A stretch of DNA of 63,902 bases, counting the filler, from Octopus bimaculoides (taxonomy: Eukaryota): the NCBI RefSeq assembly GCF_001194135.2. It is 7 parts of 7 records of this genome, joined end to end, with 100 filler letters (N's around TTAATTAATTAA, not from the genome) between each part and the next. Parts side by side here need not be neighbours in the genome. Positions count along the whole stretch, not along the records: positions 32,883 to 53,463 come from NC_068998.1; 6 more parts are not named here. One strand, 5' to 3'. Made by a program: the position numbers and the translations under genes. Below, piece after piece: positions 40,958 to 53,156 of this stretch. The notes under the pieces were generated by a model. It searched no databases. It was not told the origin of the DNA and worked only from the letters and a program-made list of their open reading frames with translations. Every line of letters starts with the position of its first letter. Positions within the stretch are counted from its first letter, which is position 1.

Positions 40958-41381
40958 GTGGCTGTGTGGTAAGAAGCTTGCTTCTCAACCACACGACTCC
41001 AGATTCAGTCCCACTGCATCGCACCTTGGGCAAGTGTCCTCTACAATAGCCTCGGCCCGACCAAAGCCTTGTGAATGGATTCAGTCGACGGAAACTGAAA
41101 GAAGCTCTTTCATATATATGCGTATGTGTGTGTGTGCGTGCGTGCGTGCGTACGTGCGTGTGTATGTGTGCGTGTCTTTATGTCTGTGATTGTCTCTCCC
41201 CGCTACCGCTTGACAACCGGTGTTGGTACGTTTACGTCCCCGTAACTTAGCGATTTGGCAAAAGAACTATAGAACAAGTACTAGGCTTAAAAAGAAGTTC
41301 TGGAGTCGATTCATTCAACTAAAAATTCTTCAAAGCGATGCCTCAGCATGGCCGCGGTTTAATGACTGAAACAAGCAAAAG
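40958..41381 (+). mobile_element. SINE family B
   Basis: Homology to 36975-37385. Confidence 0.82.
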
Positions 41382-41465
41382 ATATATATACAAACACACA
41401 CGCATACAATTCACATACGCTCATACAATTACGACTAAATTAATCGCTAACAACTTTAAATTTGT

Positions 41466-41467
41466 GT

Positions 41468-41556
<89 letters not shown>
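41466..41556. repeat. (TG)n microsatellite
   Basis: Seen directly in the sequence. Confidence 0.98.
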
Positions 41557-41560
<4 letters not shown>

Positions 41561-42351
41561 CCCGTGTGTCGTATTCCATCGAACTCTGTTCCTGTTTTGG
41601 GTACTGCTTTCTCTCGAGTTACAAGGCAGCCCCATTTAGGGGCCACTGCTTATTTTTCGCTACAGAAAACTACTTCATGGAATATTTATCGAATAAATTT
41701 CGACATCTGGCCAGATTTTTTTTAATTCTTTTTTATCCTTCTTTTTTTTTTTTTTACGTTCATTACAATCTAAATCTTTCTCCCTCACACTTTCTCAATT
41801 TCTCAGATCCCCTCATATTTGTTCTTTCCCTTTCTCTCTCCCTCTCTCATTCCAGCTCCCTATTTTACCCCCGATTTCTCATTTTCAGTCAATCTCATTT
41901 AACTCTTGTTTTCGTTTCACTTTTATTTTAGGATGTTTATTCAGGCGAATATAAAGTAACAGTCTTAATGGCAGTTTCTTTTCAATATATCATAAACAGG
42001 ATGTTTAAAGTGTATTTAAACAACTATTTTCGTCTTGTATTCATCATCGACTTCTCTTCAATCTCTCTTTCTTTATTTTGCGTTCGCCTTCTTTTTTGGC
42101 TATCATTCTTTCTTTTCATTATATAATGTCTCTCTCTTCTTTCATTTTCGCCCGTCTTTCGTCTCTTTTGCTTTCGTCTTCTCTATTTATCTCAATTTAT
42201 ATCACTCACACTTTTTCTTTCCTCTCGCAGCCATCTTCCTTTACCCACCCCCTCCTGTCTCCCTGCGTATATCTTTCGCTCAGTCTCAATTTGTATTTTA
42301 CTCTCCTTTCATTCTCTTTTTTTATTCTTTTGCCATTACACCATTTTTCTT

Positions 42352-42401
<50 letters not shown>

Positions 42402-42500
42402 CCCTCTCTCTAACACTCTCTTCATTTTACATTTCTCCTTTTTCTTCCTCTATTTTCTTTCATCCTTTATATTTTCCCGCCATTTCTCAACAGTTTGTTA

Positions 42501-42554
<54 letters not shown>

Positions 42555-42738
42555 NNNNNNNNNNNNNNNNNNNNNNNNNNNNNNNNNNNNNNNNNNNNNN
42601 NNNNNNNNNNNNNNNNNNNNNNNNNNNNNNNNNNNNNNNNNNNNNNNNNNNNNNNNNNNNNNNNNNNNNNNNNNNNNNNNNNNNNNNNNNNNNNNNNNNN
42701 NNNNNNNNNNNNNNNNNNNNNNNNNNNNNNNNNNNNNN

Positions 42739-42783
<45 letters not shown>

Positions 42784-43492
42784 ACTCTAGCTCTCTCTAT
42801 CTCTATCTCTATCTCTCTTCCTCTCTCAATTTCCATCACGTTATTTTATCATTCTTTTCGTCTTGCATGCGTGTGTCACTCTCTCTTTCCCTCTCAATGG
42901 ACGTTTTCTTTCTTACTTTTATCTTATTATTTTTCTTTATTTACCGTTTTCTTTCACCAATCCTTTCTCCCCAACGGCAACACCATGTCTTTCTCCCTCT
43001 CTCCCTCTTCCTTCCCCTCTCCCCCTTTCTCTCTCTCCCTCCCTCCCTCTCTTTCTTTCTCTTCATCTGCTCTCTCGCCTTATTCGCTTTGCCCTCTTTT
43101 GCTTCGCCGTACCTAGTAATTGATAGATGGATTATCACAGTACACCTTACGGACACCTCACACATACACATACAGGTAGAAATCGCTAGGCGCAAACACA
43201 CAACGCTTCTACACACCAACATACCCGAGCAAAAACGATCACATGTTCACGTACACATAGAAATACACGTATATATGCATGTATACAAACAAACACACAC
43301 ACACACAAACTTCAACAAGTGTTTGTATCATTAAGCATGTGCTTAATAGTATGTTTAGAAAGTATAGAATCTGGTCGAAAATCTGTAAATGTAAGTAATT
43401 ATGCCTGAAAGCAATTGGTGTCCATATATATACGCACTTGCGTACTACATACATATATAGATATATGTATGTATGCATATATATATATATAT

Positions 43493-43531
<39 letters not shown>

Positions 43532-43627
43532 CACATGTGTGTATGTACGTGTTTGCATATATATATAGATATAGATATACACAGACACACACATACATAT
43601 ATACATATACATACACAAGTATTTGTG

Positions 43628-43713
43628 AATGGGTGGGTGTGAGAGTGGATGTGTGTGCGGCTGTATATATATATATATAGCTGCACGCACATCCACTCTC
43701 ATACCCACCCATT
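43628..43713. repeat. Near-perfect 86-bp palindrome centred on (TA)n
   Basis: AATGGGTGGGTGTGAGAGTGGATGTGTGTGCGGCT is mirrored by AGCTGCACGCACATCCACTCTCATACCCACCCATT with a few mismatches. Confidence 0.85.
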
Positions 43714-43956
43714 ATATATATATATATATATATNNNNNNNNNNNNNNNNNNNNNNNNNNNNNNNNNNNNNNNNNNNNNNNNNNNNNNNNNNNNNNNNNNN
43801 NNNNNNNNNNNNNNNNNNNNNNNNNNNNNNNNNNNNNNNNNNNNNNNNNNNNNNNNNNNNNNNNNNNNNNNNNNNNNNNNNNNNATATATGGGTTTGACC
43901 GTTGACTGAACACTATTCAATTTTTTTTCTCCGTGTTTTTCTCCTTGTCTCCGTAT

Positions 43957-43994
43957 TCTTTCTGTTGAAGAGCGTAGCTCGAAACGTTAAAGAC
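43957..43994 (+). ncRNA. Minimal type-I hammerhead-ribozyme-like motif (best copy) in a Penelope-type terminal unit at about 43890-44090
   Basis: TCTTT-CTGTTGA-A-GAGC-GTA-GCTC-GAAAC-GTT-AAAGA: 5-bp stem I, 4-bp stem II, ACGT palindrome in stem III. Core deviation A6>T. Confidence 0.6.
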
Positions 43995-44433
43995 TTTCCG
44001 TATTCCCGAGCGTCATACTAATACATCCTTTTGTTGTTTACACCACCTGTCCTCGTCTGTTGTTGTTTTTTCGTACATTCTCCCATATGTATATATGGGG
44101 AATGTTGATTTTTTTTTTCTTCATAAGCAAGAGAAAAAGTACTAAATATATATACTGTAGAGTATAATTGTTTCTTCAAGCGCGGCTGACACTGCTCCGT
44201 TGGTATTTGAAATATCGCCTGAACAAACACAAAGAGTGCAAAATCCTAAATAACTGGGGTAAGAAAGACCAGCTGTGCATGTGTGTACGTGTGGGAGGTA
44301 TGTGCGTGTATAGTTCATTTTTTGAAACCGTTAAACTCGAAGCAGTAAAGCTATAAATGACAACGTAAATATTGGTTTCAAAAACCCTTTGAGTAGAAAC
44401 AATCGAAAACAGCCCGTGGTATACGAACCCGCG

Positions 44434-44510
<77 letters not shown>

Positions 44511-44545
44511 GCACACATTCAGGCTTCGTGCTTATAGAAGAAAGG

Positions 44546-44750
44546 ATTATTACCTCCGCCTTTGCTAAGGCGGAGGTAATGTTTTTCAGTTGCGTTTGTT
44601 TGTTTGTCTTTGGATCAGATATCTCAAGAACCGCTGGATGGATTCGGGTGAAACTTTCAGGGATGTTTGGCCGCGTGACTGGCACTAACTGATTAGATTT
44701 GGGGATCGATCTGGTACCGGACAAGGATTCTGGATTATTTGTTATATTTA
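44546..44750 (+). mobile_element. Helentron-associated (HINE/DINE-1-like) non-autonomous element
   Basis: TTATTACCTCCGCC start with a 14-bp perfect hairpin, then (GTTT)n and GATATCTCAAGAACCGCTGGATGGATTCGGGTGAAACTTTCAG. This layout is typical of DINE/HINE elements. Confidence 0.6.
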
Positions 44751-45681
44751 ATTTACTTTACATGAAGTATTACGATCTTACGTTGACTTTCAAGTCTTTC
44801 TCTGATTATCTCCCTTGAAAGCACGCTCATGGTTTCCACGTAAGTTATGGCAGCGCTGTTGTTTCCAGAGTTTTATTTTTGTTTCTCTGTTATTAATTTT
44901 ACTCGCGTCTCTNNNNNNNNNNNNNNNNNNNNNNNNNNNNNNNNNNNNNNNNNNNNNNNNNNNNNNNNNNNNNNNNNNNNNNNNNNNNNNNNNNNNNNNN
45001 NNNNNNNNNNNNNNNNNNNNNNNNNNNNNNNNNNNNNNNNNNNNNNNNNNNNNNNNNNNNNNNNNNNNNNNNNNNNNNNNNNNNNNNNNNNNNNNNNNNN
45101 NNNNNNNNNNNNNNNNNNNNNNNNNNNNNNNNNNNNNNNNNNNNNNNNNNNNNNNNNNNNNNNNNNNNNNNNNNNNNNNNNNNNNNNNNNNNNNNNNNNN
45201 NNNNNNNNNNNNNNNNNNNNNNNNNNNNNNNNNNNNNNNNNNNNNNNNNNNNNNNNNNNNNNNNNNNNNNNNNNNNNNNNNNNNNNNNNNNNNNNNNNNN
45301 NNNNNNNNNNNNNNNNNNNNNNNNNNNNNNNNNNNNNNNNNNNNNNNNNNNNNNNNNNNNNNNNNNNNNNNNNNNNNNNNNNNNNNNNNNNNNNNNNNNN
45401 NNNNNNNNNNNNNNNNNNNNNNNNNNNNNNNNNNNNNNNNNNNNNNNNNNNNNNNNNNNNNNNNNNNNNNNNNNNNNNNNNNNNNNNNNNNNNNNNNNNN
45501 NNNNNNNNNNNNNNNNNNNNNNNNNNNNNNNNNNNNNNNNNNNNNNNNNNNNNNNNNNNNNNNNNNNNNNNNNNNNNNNNNNNNNNNNNNNNNNNNNNNN
45601 NNNNNNNNNNNNNNNNNNNNNNNNNNNNNNNNNNNNNNNNNNNNNNNNNNNNNNNNNNNNNNNNNNNNNNNNNNNNNNNTT

Positions 45682-45719
<38 letters not shown>

Positions 45720-45810
45720 ACGGTTGGCTTTTGCTTTGTATTTGTACAAGTTGACTCCAAGTCTCACCCAAAGACCTCAAGAGACAACAAATAAGAATTT
45801 CAAGTTGGAA
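45720..45810 (-). mobile_element. Short copy of the same retroposon 3' end inside (TTA)n
   Basis: Homologous to 28625-28700, flanked by (TTA)n on both sides. Confidence 0.55.
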
Positions 45811-45878
<68 letters not shown>

Positions 45879-46129
45879 TATAATTATTATTATTGTTGTT
45901 GTTGTTGTTGTTATTATCATTATTTTTATTTTTATTTTTATTATCATTATAAGCACTATCCGACTCTTTGTATCCAAAAGGGTTTTCCAACCCAGTATTT
46001 GCATGCTGTTCTTTATAGTTGTATTGATATGCTTCGAGAACCCTTATTCCAAAAAAAAAAATTATTTCAGGTTCACTCGAAAGTTTATAAAATTCTTATG
46101 ACGTGAATTATCATTATTATCATTTCTAG

Positions 46130-46195
46130 ACCTATCTGGAGAAACTGGCCTATGGAGAAGCTTTCCATGACGATCTATGGAATGAATTGGCAGAG
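46130..46195 (+). CDS. M1 aminopeptidase N-like gene, internal exon a (phase 0-0): TYLEKLAYGEAFHDDLWNELAE
   Basis: Acceptor catttctAG, donor GTaaat, 66 nt open. The peptide matches the YLxxxxYxxAxxxDLW segment at the end of the M1 catalytic domain. Confidence 0.9.
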
Positions 46196-46499
46196 GTAAA
46201 TTTTGGCTTTTCTTTTATTATAACAGTAATAGACCATTTGTCTTTAATTAGCTTCCTGTTGTAAATGTACACGGCGTAACTTAAGAGGCACAATAAAATG
46301 AATCTGTCAACAATGTAAGCTATATTCTGATTTTTACAGTGATGCTGCAATAGGTAAGTAAATGATGTATCAGTCGTTTGGTTAAAGAGACGTATTAAGC
46401 TACATACATGTCACTGCATTACGGCAGTGACATGGTGTGCTCTTATCCTAATCTAGACACCAAGCTCATCCACCGTATCACTATCAGAGAATGTTTTTT

Positions 46500-46835
46500 T
46501 TTGTTTAGTTTCAGGTCAGCTCTGGTCCAAGAGAGCTATGATAAGGCGTTCCAACAACGGCCTTCCTAATTTTCATTCATTATACCTAAATTAATTAAAA
46601 TCATCCAGCTTGGTGGCTATTGTAGTAATTGTCGATGGCTACAGTTGTTTCCCTTTACTCACGAGTTAGCTTTAATTCAGCTGATATATAATCAAATGCG
46701 TTCCAGCCATGAACATCCAATTTTTAAATTTAGATATACTGTAGAACCAAATCATTATCCAATGTGTGCTTCCTTTTTAAGACAGCAGAGCGTGATTTCA
46801 AGATTTGGTCGCTACTTTTAGCTGCTCGAGCTGTG
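46500..46835 (+). repeat. Unclassified interspersed repeat family F (CAGGTCAG...GATCAAGCAGA...AAGGC.TTCCAG...GTGATTT.AG.GAGATTTGG.TGCTA); decayed copies also at about 12740, 24090-24360, 39800-40020, 50450-50560(-) and 51500-51830
   Basis: Shared motifs seen at several positions on both strands. Confidence 0.55.
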
Positions 46836-46871
46836 TTAATACATTTAATGCAAAGGACATTTAATATACTT

Positions 46872-47063
46872 TTCTACTCTAGGCACAAGGCCCGAAATTT
46901 GCAGGGAAGGGGCAGTCGATAAGATCGACCCCAGTACGCAACTGGTATTTAATTTATCGACCCCGAAAGGATGAAAGGCAAAGTCGACCTCGGCGGAATT
47001 TGAACTCAGAACGTAAAGACAGACGAAATAACCCTAAGCACATTTCGCCAGCTCGCCGCCTTA
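46872..47063 (-). mobile_element. SINE family A in the intron between exons a and b
   Basis: Near-consensus copy. Confidence 0.85.
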
Positions 47064-47794
47064 ATATAATACTTGAAATATCTAGTGAGGTGAAAAATCG
47101 ACAATGCGAGCCAACAACTAATATTTTTCCCGCAAATACGAGAGATAACCCTTGCTATATATAAAGTCTTATTCTGACCTCCTCAGCGAAACTTTTTTTA
47201 TCATACCTGGCGAAGTAATGATAAAAGAACCTGAAACCACTGAGCATGAAATATCTTTTCTCCCATTAAAATACCAAGCGGAATCCTGTCGACATTATCG
47301 TTCGATCTACTAGAAATAACAACTAAACCTTCCTCAAATGACACTCTACCGTCATGGAAAAGACAAACAGAGAAACGAGACATGCAACATAAAGAACATT
47401 CCCTTCATCAGTTGTCCATACATTGTTTGTAGTTTTTAGATTACGATGATGTATTTATCTTTAAAATGAAATTGTAGGGTAGGTGTAAGAAGCCGAATCT
47501 AGCTAGTTTGAACATAAAACAAGTAGAATATTTGAGCTGGATGTGACCAGTTTAAATTAAATGCTAAGGAGTTAATAATAAAGAAGCGCGTCTTATACGC
47601 CAGCATCTGCGGTATCTTTTTAGTGAGCAGTGTCGAACTGATATTATACCCCGAAAATGGTTCGTCTCTTATTCCCTTCCCTAAAATTTATTACGCATTT
47701 TGTTTTTGTTTTTGTTTTTAAAAAAGATGTAAACTATTTCTATGAGTCACAATGGCATACGAGAACATTTATCACTTCTCATATTTATTTGTAG

Positions 47795-47970
47795 CAATCC
47801 AAAAAAGACGGCCGACCTCTTAAGATTAAAGCTATTATGGATACATGGACTTTACAGATGAACTATCCTCTGGTAACCATCCGGCGAACTGGTGAAAACC
47901 AGTTGACCGTAACCCAAGAAAGATTCCTTGTTAATCCAAATTCAACTCAGAAATATAATTCCACATTTGG
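47795..47970 (+). CDS. M1 aminopeptidase N-like gene, internal exon b (phase 0-2): QSKKDGRPLKIKAIMDTWTLQMNYPLVTIRRTGENQLTVTQERFLVNPNSTQKYNSTF(G)
   Basis: Acceptor tatttatttgtAG, donor GTgagt, 176 nt. Carries the hallmark MDTWTxQxxYP and QxRFL motifs of APN/ENPEP-type M1 peptidases. In phase with the flanking exons. Confidence 0.95.
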
Positions 47971-48100
47971 GTGAGTTTGTCAATTAAATTCAAACTTCAA
48001 TTTTTTTCTCTCTCTTGAAATTCAATTTGGAAAAAAATTATGTTTAAAGATTGAAATCAATTTTTAAAAAATGATAAAATAACTTTCATTGTCAGAAAGA

Positions 48101-48426
48101 TGTTGTTGTTGGCACTCCGTCGCTTACGACGTCGAGGGTTCCAGTTGATCCGACCAACGGAACAGCCTGCTCGGGAAATTAACGTGCAAGTGGCTGAGCA
48201 CTCCACAGACACGTGCACCCTTAACGTAGTTCTCGGAGATATTCAGCGTTACACAGTGTGACAAGGCTGACCCTTTGAATTACAGGCACAACAGAAACAG
48301 GAAGTAAGAGTGTGAGAAAGTTGTGGTGGAAGAGTACGGCAGGGTTCGCCATCCCCTGCCGGAGCCTCGTGGAGCTTTAGGTGTTTTCGCTCAATAAGCA
48401 CTCACAACGCCCGATCTGGGAATCGA
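48101..48426 (-). mobile_element. SINE family C in the intron between exons b and c
   Basis: Reverse-complement homology to 19766-20146. Confidence 0.87.
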
Positions 48427-49096
48427 NNNNNNNNNNNNNNNNNNNNNNNNNNNNNNNNNNNNNNNNNNNNNNNNNNNNNNNNNNNNNNNNNNNNNNNNNN
48501 NNNNNNNNNNNNNNNNNNNNNNNNNNNNNNNNNNNNNNNNNNNNNNNNNNNNNNNNNNNNNNNNNNNNNNNNNNNNNNNNNNNNNNNNNNNNNNNNNNNN
48601 NNNNNNNNNNNNNNNNNNNNNNNNNNNNNNNNNNNNNNNNNNNNNNNNNNNNNNNNNNNNNNNNNNNNNNNNNNNNNNNNNNNNNNNNNNNNNNNNNNNN
48701 NNNNNNNNNNNNNNNNNNNNNNNNNNNNNNNNNNNNNNNNNNNNNNNNNNNNNNNNNNNNNNNNNNNNNNNNNNNNNNNNNNNNNNNNNNNNNNNNNNNN
48801 NNNNNNNNNNNNNNNNNNNNNNNNNNNNNNNNNNNNNNNNNNNNNNNNNNNNNNNNNNNNNNNNNNNNNNNNNNNNNNNNNNNNNNNNNNNNNNNNNNNN
48901 NNNNNNNNNNNNNNNNNNNNNNNNNNNNNNNNNNNNNNNNNNNNNNNNNCCTGTTTGAATCGATTTATTTCGAATTGAATAAATTAATTTCGCTTGTTGG
49001 ATATAACTGCAAACTAATTAGATATAAGTGATGCCCTCAGTGATAACTAAGATCCCATTAAAGATAAGGAAACATTTTCATATGTTTTTCTCCTTA

Positions 49097-49485
49097 TAGG
49101 CGCAGACATAGCTGTGTGGTAAGTTTACTTCCAAATCACATGGTTCCGGGTTCAGTCCCACTGCGTAGCACCTTGGGCAAATGTCTTCTGTTATAACCTC
49201 GGACCGACCAAAACCTTGTGAGTGGATTTGGTAGACGGAAACTGAAAGAAACCCGTCGTATATAAACATATATGTATGTGTGTGTTTGAAACTTACCACT
49301 GCTTGACAACTGGTGTTGGTTTGTTTATGTCCCTGTAACTTAACGGTTCGACTAAAGAGACCGATAGAATAAGTACCTGGCTTTAAAAGAAAATAAGTCT
49401 GGGGTCGATTCATTCGATCAAAAATTCTTCAAAGCAGTGCCCCAGCATGGCCGCAGTATAATGACTGAAACAAGTAAAAGATAAA
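49097..49485 (+). mobile_element. SINE family B in the intron between exons b and c
   Basis: Homology to 36975-37385. Confidence 0.85.
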
Positions 49486-50195
49486 GAAGAGATACTCGAT
49501 AATCGAGCATAATGAATCGATAAGAAACCGTTCTACTTTATGAAAGTTCAGAAAATCGCATCTTCTTCCCAGCGCGCTGATTAATTTTTTTTTATTTTAT
49601 TTTTTTTTTACTTGCTGGGTCTGAAGGAAGGGTAGAGTTTATGGCCTTCATAGGTCCTGCCTTCGAGACTAGTGGGATATTGATACCATTAATGCTTTGC
49701 TTTGACTGCTTCACATTGGTACCTTTGGGAAAGACGCGAGTAGAGTGGGTTCGATAAAGCCAATATTCTGAGTGGGTGGGGGAGAACTAGACGTAGTGAT
49801 TAGTGGATACCTTGGTTTGACACGACATGGATGATGAAAGGAAAAAGAGACGAATGAGTATTTATTGGCTTAGTGGAGGGGACACTTAACTTTCAATAGC
49901 TCTGTATATTTAGCAAAACATTTCCACTGTGAACAACGTAGCGTATAAAATTCACAAATATTTTGTTTAATCCACATCGAGTCTTAATACAAGCCTATAA
50001 CATAATAGTCAAAGCAACATGAAATCACTTTAGTGTATTTTTCTCAATATTTCCTAATATCAAAAGAGTTACATGGAGTCCGATTCCTATGTAGTACTTT
50101 TATTTTAGTGATATAAAATAAAATTAACAAGAAGAAAATTTCTTTTCAATCTGTTTCTTTAATTTAAGTTTTGCCTTTACCATTCAATTTTGTAG

Positions 50196-50296
50196 ATACA
50201 AATGGCAAATTCCTTTCGTGTACACAACATCTAAAGAATGGAAATTCAATAAGACCGCCGCTGATGTTATATGGATAGATGACAAAGTCGAGCAGC
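50196..50296 (+). CDS. M1 aminopeptidase N-like gene, internal exon c (phase 2-1): YKWQIPFVYTTSKEWKFNKTAADVIWIDDKVEQ(P)
   Basis: Acceptor caattttgtAG, donor GTaagt, 101 nt. Contains the YxWxIP motif. GG+A joins to Gly upstream and C+CA joins to Pro downstream. Confidence 0.93.
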
Positions 50297-51284
50297 GTAA
50301 GTAATGCAGACTCTCATTAAAAGAATGGAAATAATACCTTCTTCATAAAAGACTGCCATGTTTTTGGTTGATATAATTTTAAAATTCATTAGTGTGAATA
50401 TGCAAAAAGCCATTGACGAACTAAACACACTAAGCCAATTAAATCTTCGTCTTCTTTACGAACAATTAAGCTGTCATGTGGTCGCTCAAATGCTAGAAAA
50501 AGCAGTCAAATCTCCTCAAATCACATTTGACAAACTTAGAAACAAAAGCGAAAACAGCACATTTGATAATGTGGTCCTCGATAAGAAAGGTGCAGTAAAG
50601 TAGGGCAGTCATGGGCGGATCCATTCGATCAGAATCTGAGATTGAAGGACAGCGAAATCTTAAATAAAATCTCAGAACCCTACAAATAGCTTTAAAAGAT
50701 ATAGAAATGTCTCAAATAGTAATAAGATATGCCAACCACAAGGTCCAGTCCCTGATATAGTATGGTGGCTTCTACGCCTCAATGTCCCTGAGGCCTATGC
50801 ATAGATGATTTGCTCATAGAATCAAATGTTTGTGCTGTACATTAGCTCGTTCCCTTCACAAATCAACATTGCTTGGAGAAGTGCATGATGTGTCGCAGAT
50901 GTCAAAGTGATTGCAGGGCAGCGTGAAATGAAGTCGTTGCTATTATGTTAAACTGTTGTATGTCCAAATTTTGCTAAATGCTTTTTATTTTATTTATTTT
51001 CTTTTCAATATTTAATTTTGCCTCCAATAACCGGTTCTTTTGGTCAAACTATCGTATCTCCAGCTGCTCTAGATGCCAAGATATGAAAATTATTATCCAA
51101 GCGTAGTACAACGGTTTAGCATTTTTCAAAAGTGTAGTAAATCCCACATACGACAGTTTTGCAAAAAATATTTCTGACTGAAAATATAATACATGCATGG
51201 AGTTTACGATTTTATGCACCCAACAAAGTATTATTGTTAGGCTGAATCTGTTGCTACTGTAAAAAGAAATGGAATGGCGAAACT

Positions 51285-51452
51285 GCTTTTTCGTTTTCTC
51301 AAAAACACAATGCCTTGGACCAACGACACTTTTGCATAATAATAGCAACGAAGTATTTTCCCCGAAAACGCAATGCACCGCCCGGTCCTGGAATCGAAAC
51401 CGCAGTAGCAAGAAGAATGCAAAACCCTAAATACTAGGTCATGCACCTTCAA
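51285..51452 (-). mobile_element. Decayed tRNA-derived SINE head
   Basis: Minus strand GAAGGTGCATGACCTAGT...GGTTTCGATTCCAGGACCGGGCGGTGCATTGCG. Confidence 0.55.
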
Positions 51453-52506
51453 TGTAAAGTATCCAGTGTGGTGTCTGTAGTAAGTATTATTGCTGTCTAT
51501 AGCTCTAGTCTAGATCCAGGTCAGACTTAATCGAGCAGAACTGTGATCAAAGTTGTTCCAGTTGTGACTATCCAGTCTTTTATTCAGACATTGTAACTAA
51601 GTCTACATTACCCACTGTAATATCAATAATAAATATTATTGGTTGCTATAGTTGTTGTTTAATCCTGGGTCAGTCCTGATTCAAGCAGACCAAAGGCGTA
51701 ACAACCATATTTTATTCAGATACAGTATATCTCAGATCACATCATTATCTTATTTTGTTTTGTATTTCAGTTGGTAAAGTATAATTTGGAAATATTTGGC
51801 TGCTATATCTCTTAGTTCAATCAACCACGTATATGTTCTTTTACCGACTTGTTATTACAAATATCATATGTGAATGTCATCTGGGCCCAGGGAAACAAGG
51901 CAATATGTGTTGGGTATCTCTACTACTCTATAATTTCCATTCCTTTTTTAAGACCAATCCATTTTACTTACGCTGTAAATGACATTTGAGGAAATGCATG
52001 AATCACTCATCATTCTATTTATCTCTCTTCTAAATATGTGTCCTTGAAAAACTAGCCAAAACTAAGCAAATATATCATATGAATGTAAAGCATTAAAGGC
52101 GGCTATGTTAGTAAAACTGGATAGCAATGAGCAAAATCGAATGATGGCCGAAGAAGCAGTAACTATCGTAACTATCATCATTCTGGTTCAGAAAACCAAG
52201 ACAGTCAACCCTGGAATTTTAATTAATTGAAGTTTTTTGGTTCCCTATACTAAATATATTAGTGCAGATTTTACTTAATTGTTTTCCATGCAGCAGGTAC
52301 CCGTAGGTATTTCCAGCCCCACTCCTAATATTTCTGTATAATGAAGGTGTTTCCCAGTGTCATATTCGGTATCGCGTTCTGAGTTCAAATCCCGCGAAGT
52401 TCAGCCTTAACTTTCAACCGACTATTCCATCTTCTCTATAAAGCCCGCCATCTGATTCGAGATTGTCATAATGTTCATTCAAAATAAAACAGTATTGTAT
52501 ATAAAC

Positions 52507-52820
52507 GTGTGAAGGCGCGTGGTTTAGTGGTTAAGATATTCGCCTCATGTGAGTGCAATTCCCGGCGATGCATTGTGTCCTTGAGCAAAACATTTTATTT
52601 CACATTGCTCCAGTCCACTCAGCTAGCAAAAATGAGTAGTACGTGTATTTCAAAGGGCCAGCCTTGTCACATTCTGTGTCACACTGAATCTCTCTGAGAA
52701 CTACGTTAAGAGTACACGTGTCTATAAAGTGCTCAGCCACTTGTACGTTAATTTCATGAGCAGGCTGTTCCGTTGATTTGATCAACTGGAACCCTCGTCG
52801 TCGTAACCGACGGAGTGCCA
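52507..52820 (+). mobile_element. SINE with family C tail but a different (CORE/Meta-like) central domain, in the intron between exons c and d
   Basis: tRNA-like head, then TGTGTCCTTGAGCAAAAC...TTGCTCCAGTCCACTCAGCT, then the family C 3' part from 52649. Confidence 0.8.
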
Positions 52821-53156
52821 GTACATAAACGTGATCGTAGTCGCTCGACCTGCCAGAATTAATAGCAAATCTTTCTCCCTTTTCATAACACCATCATATT
52901 AAAAACAGAAAAGAGGGGAAATATATATTAAATAATGAAGTCGCAGAAACGAGTAAAAGACGGAATGGTTACAGCTGTAATGCCGCTAACCATAATTTTG
53001 TTTGATCTGAGGATAAACAACAGGTACAATAGCCTTGTTTTAGCAGCTCATATAACTGTCTAGTTTAGGCGAGTAATATACTTAACTAATCGAAAAACTA
53101 ATCGATCTCAATGTTTATTTGTTTTGTTTTGTTTTTGTTTTTTTATTTTTTTTCAG

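Noticed and set aside
50358-50603. 81-aa ORF just after exon c
   Set aside because: It overlaps an antisense family F repeat, and exons c and d already join in frame without it.
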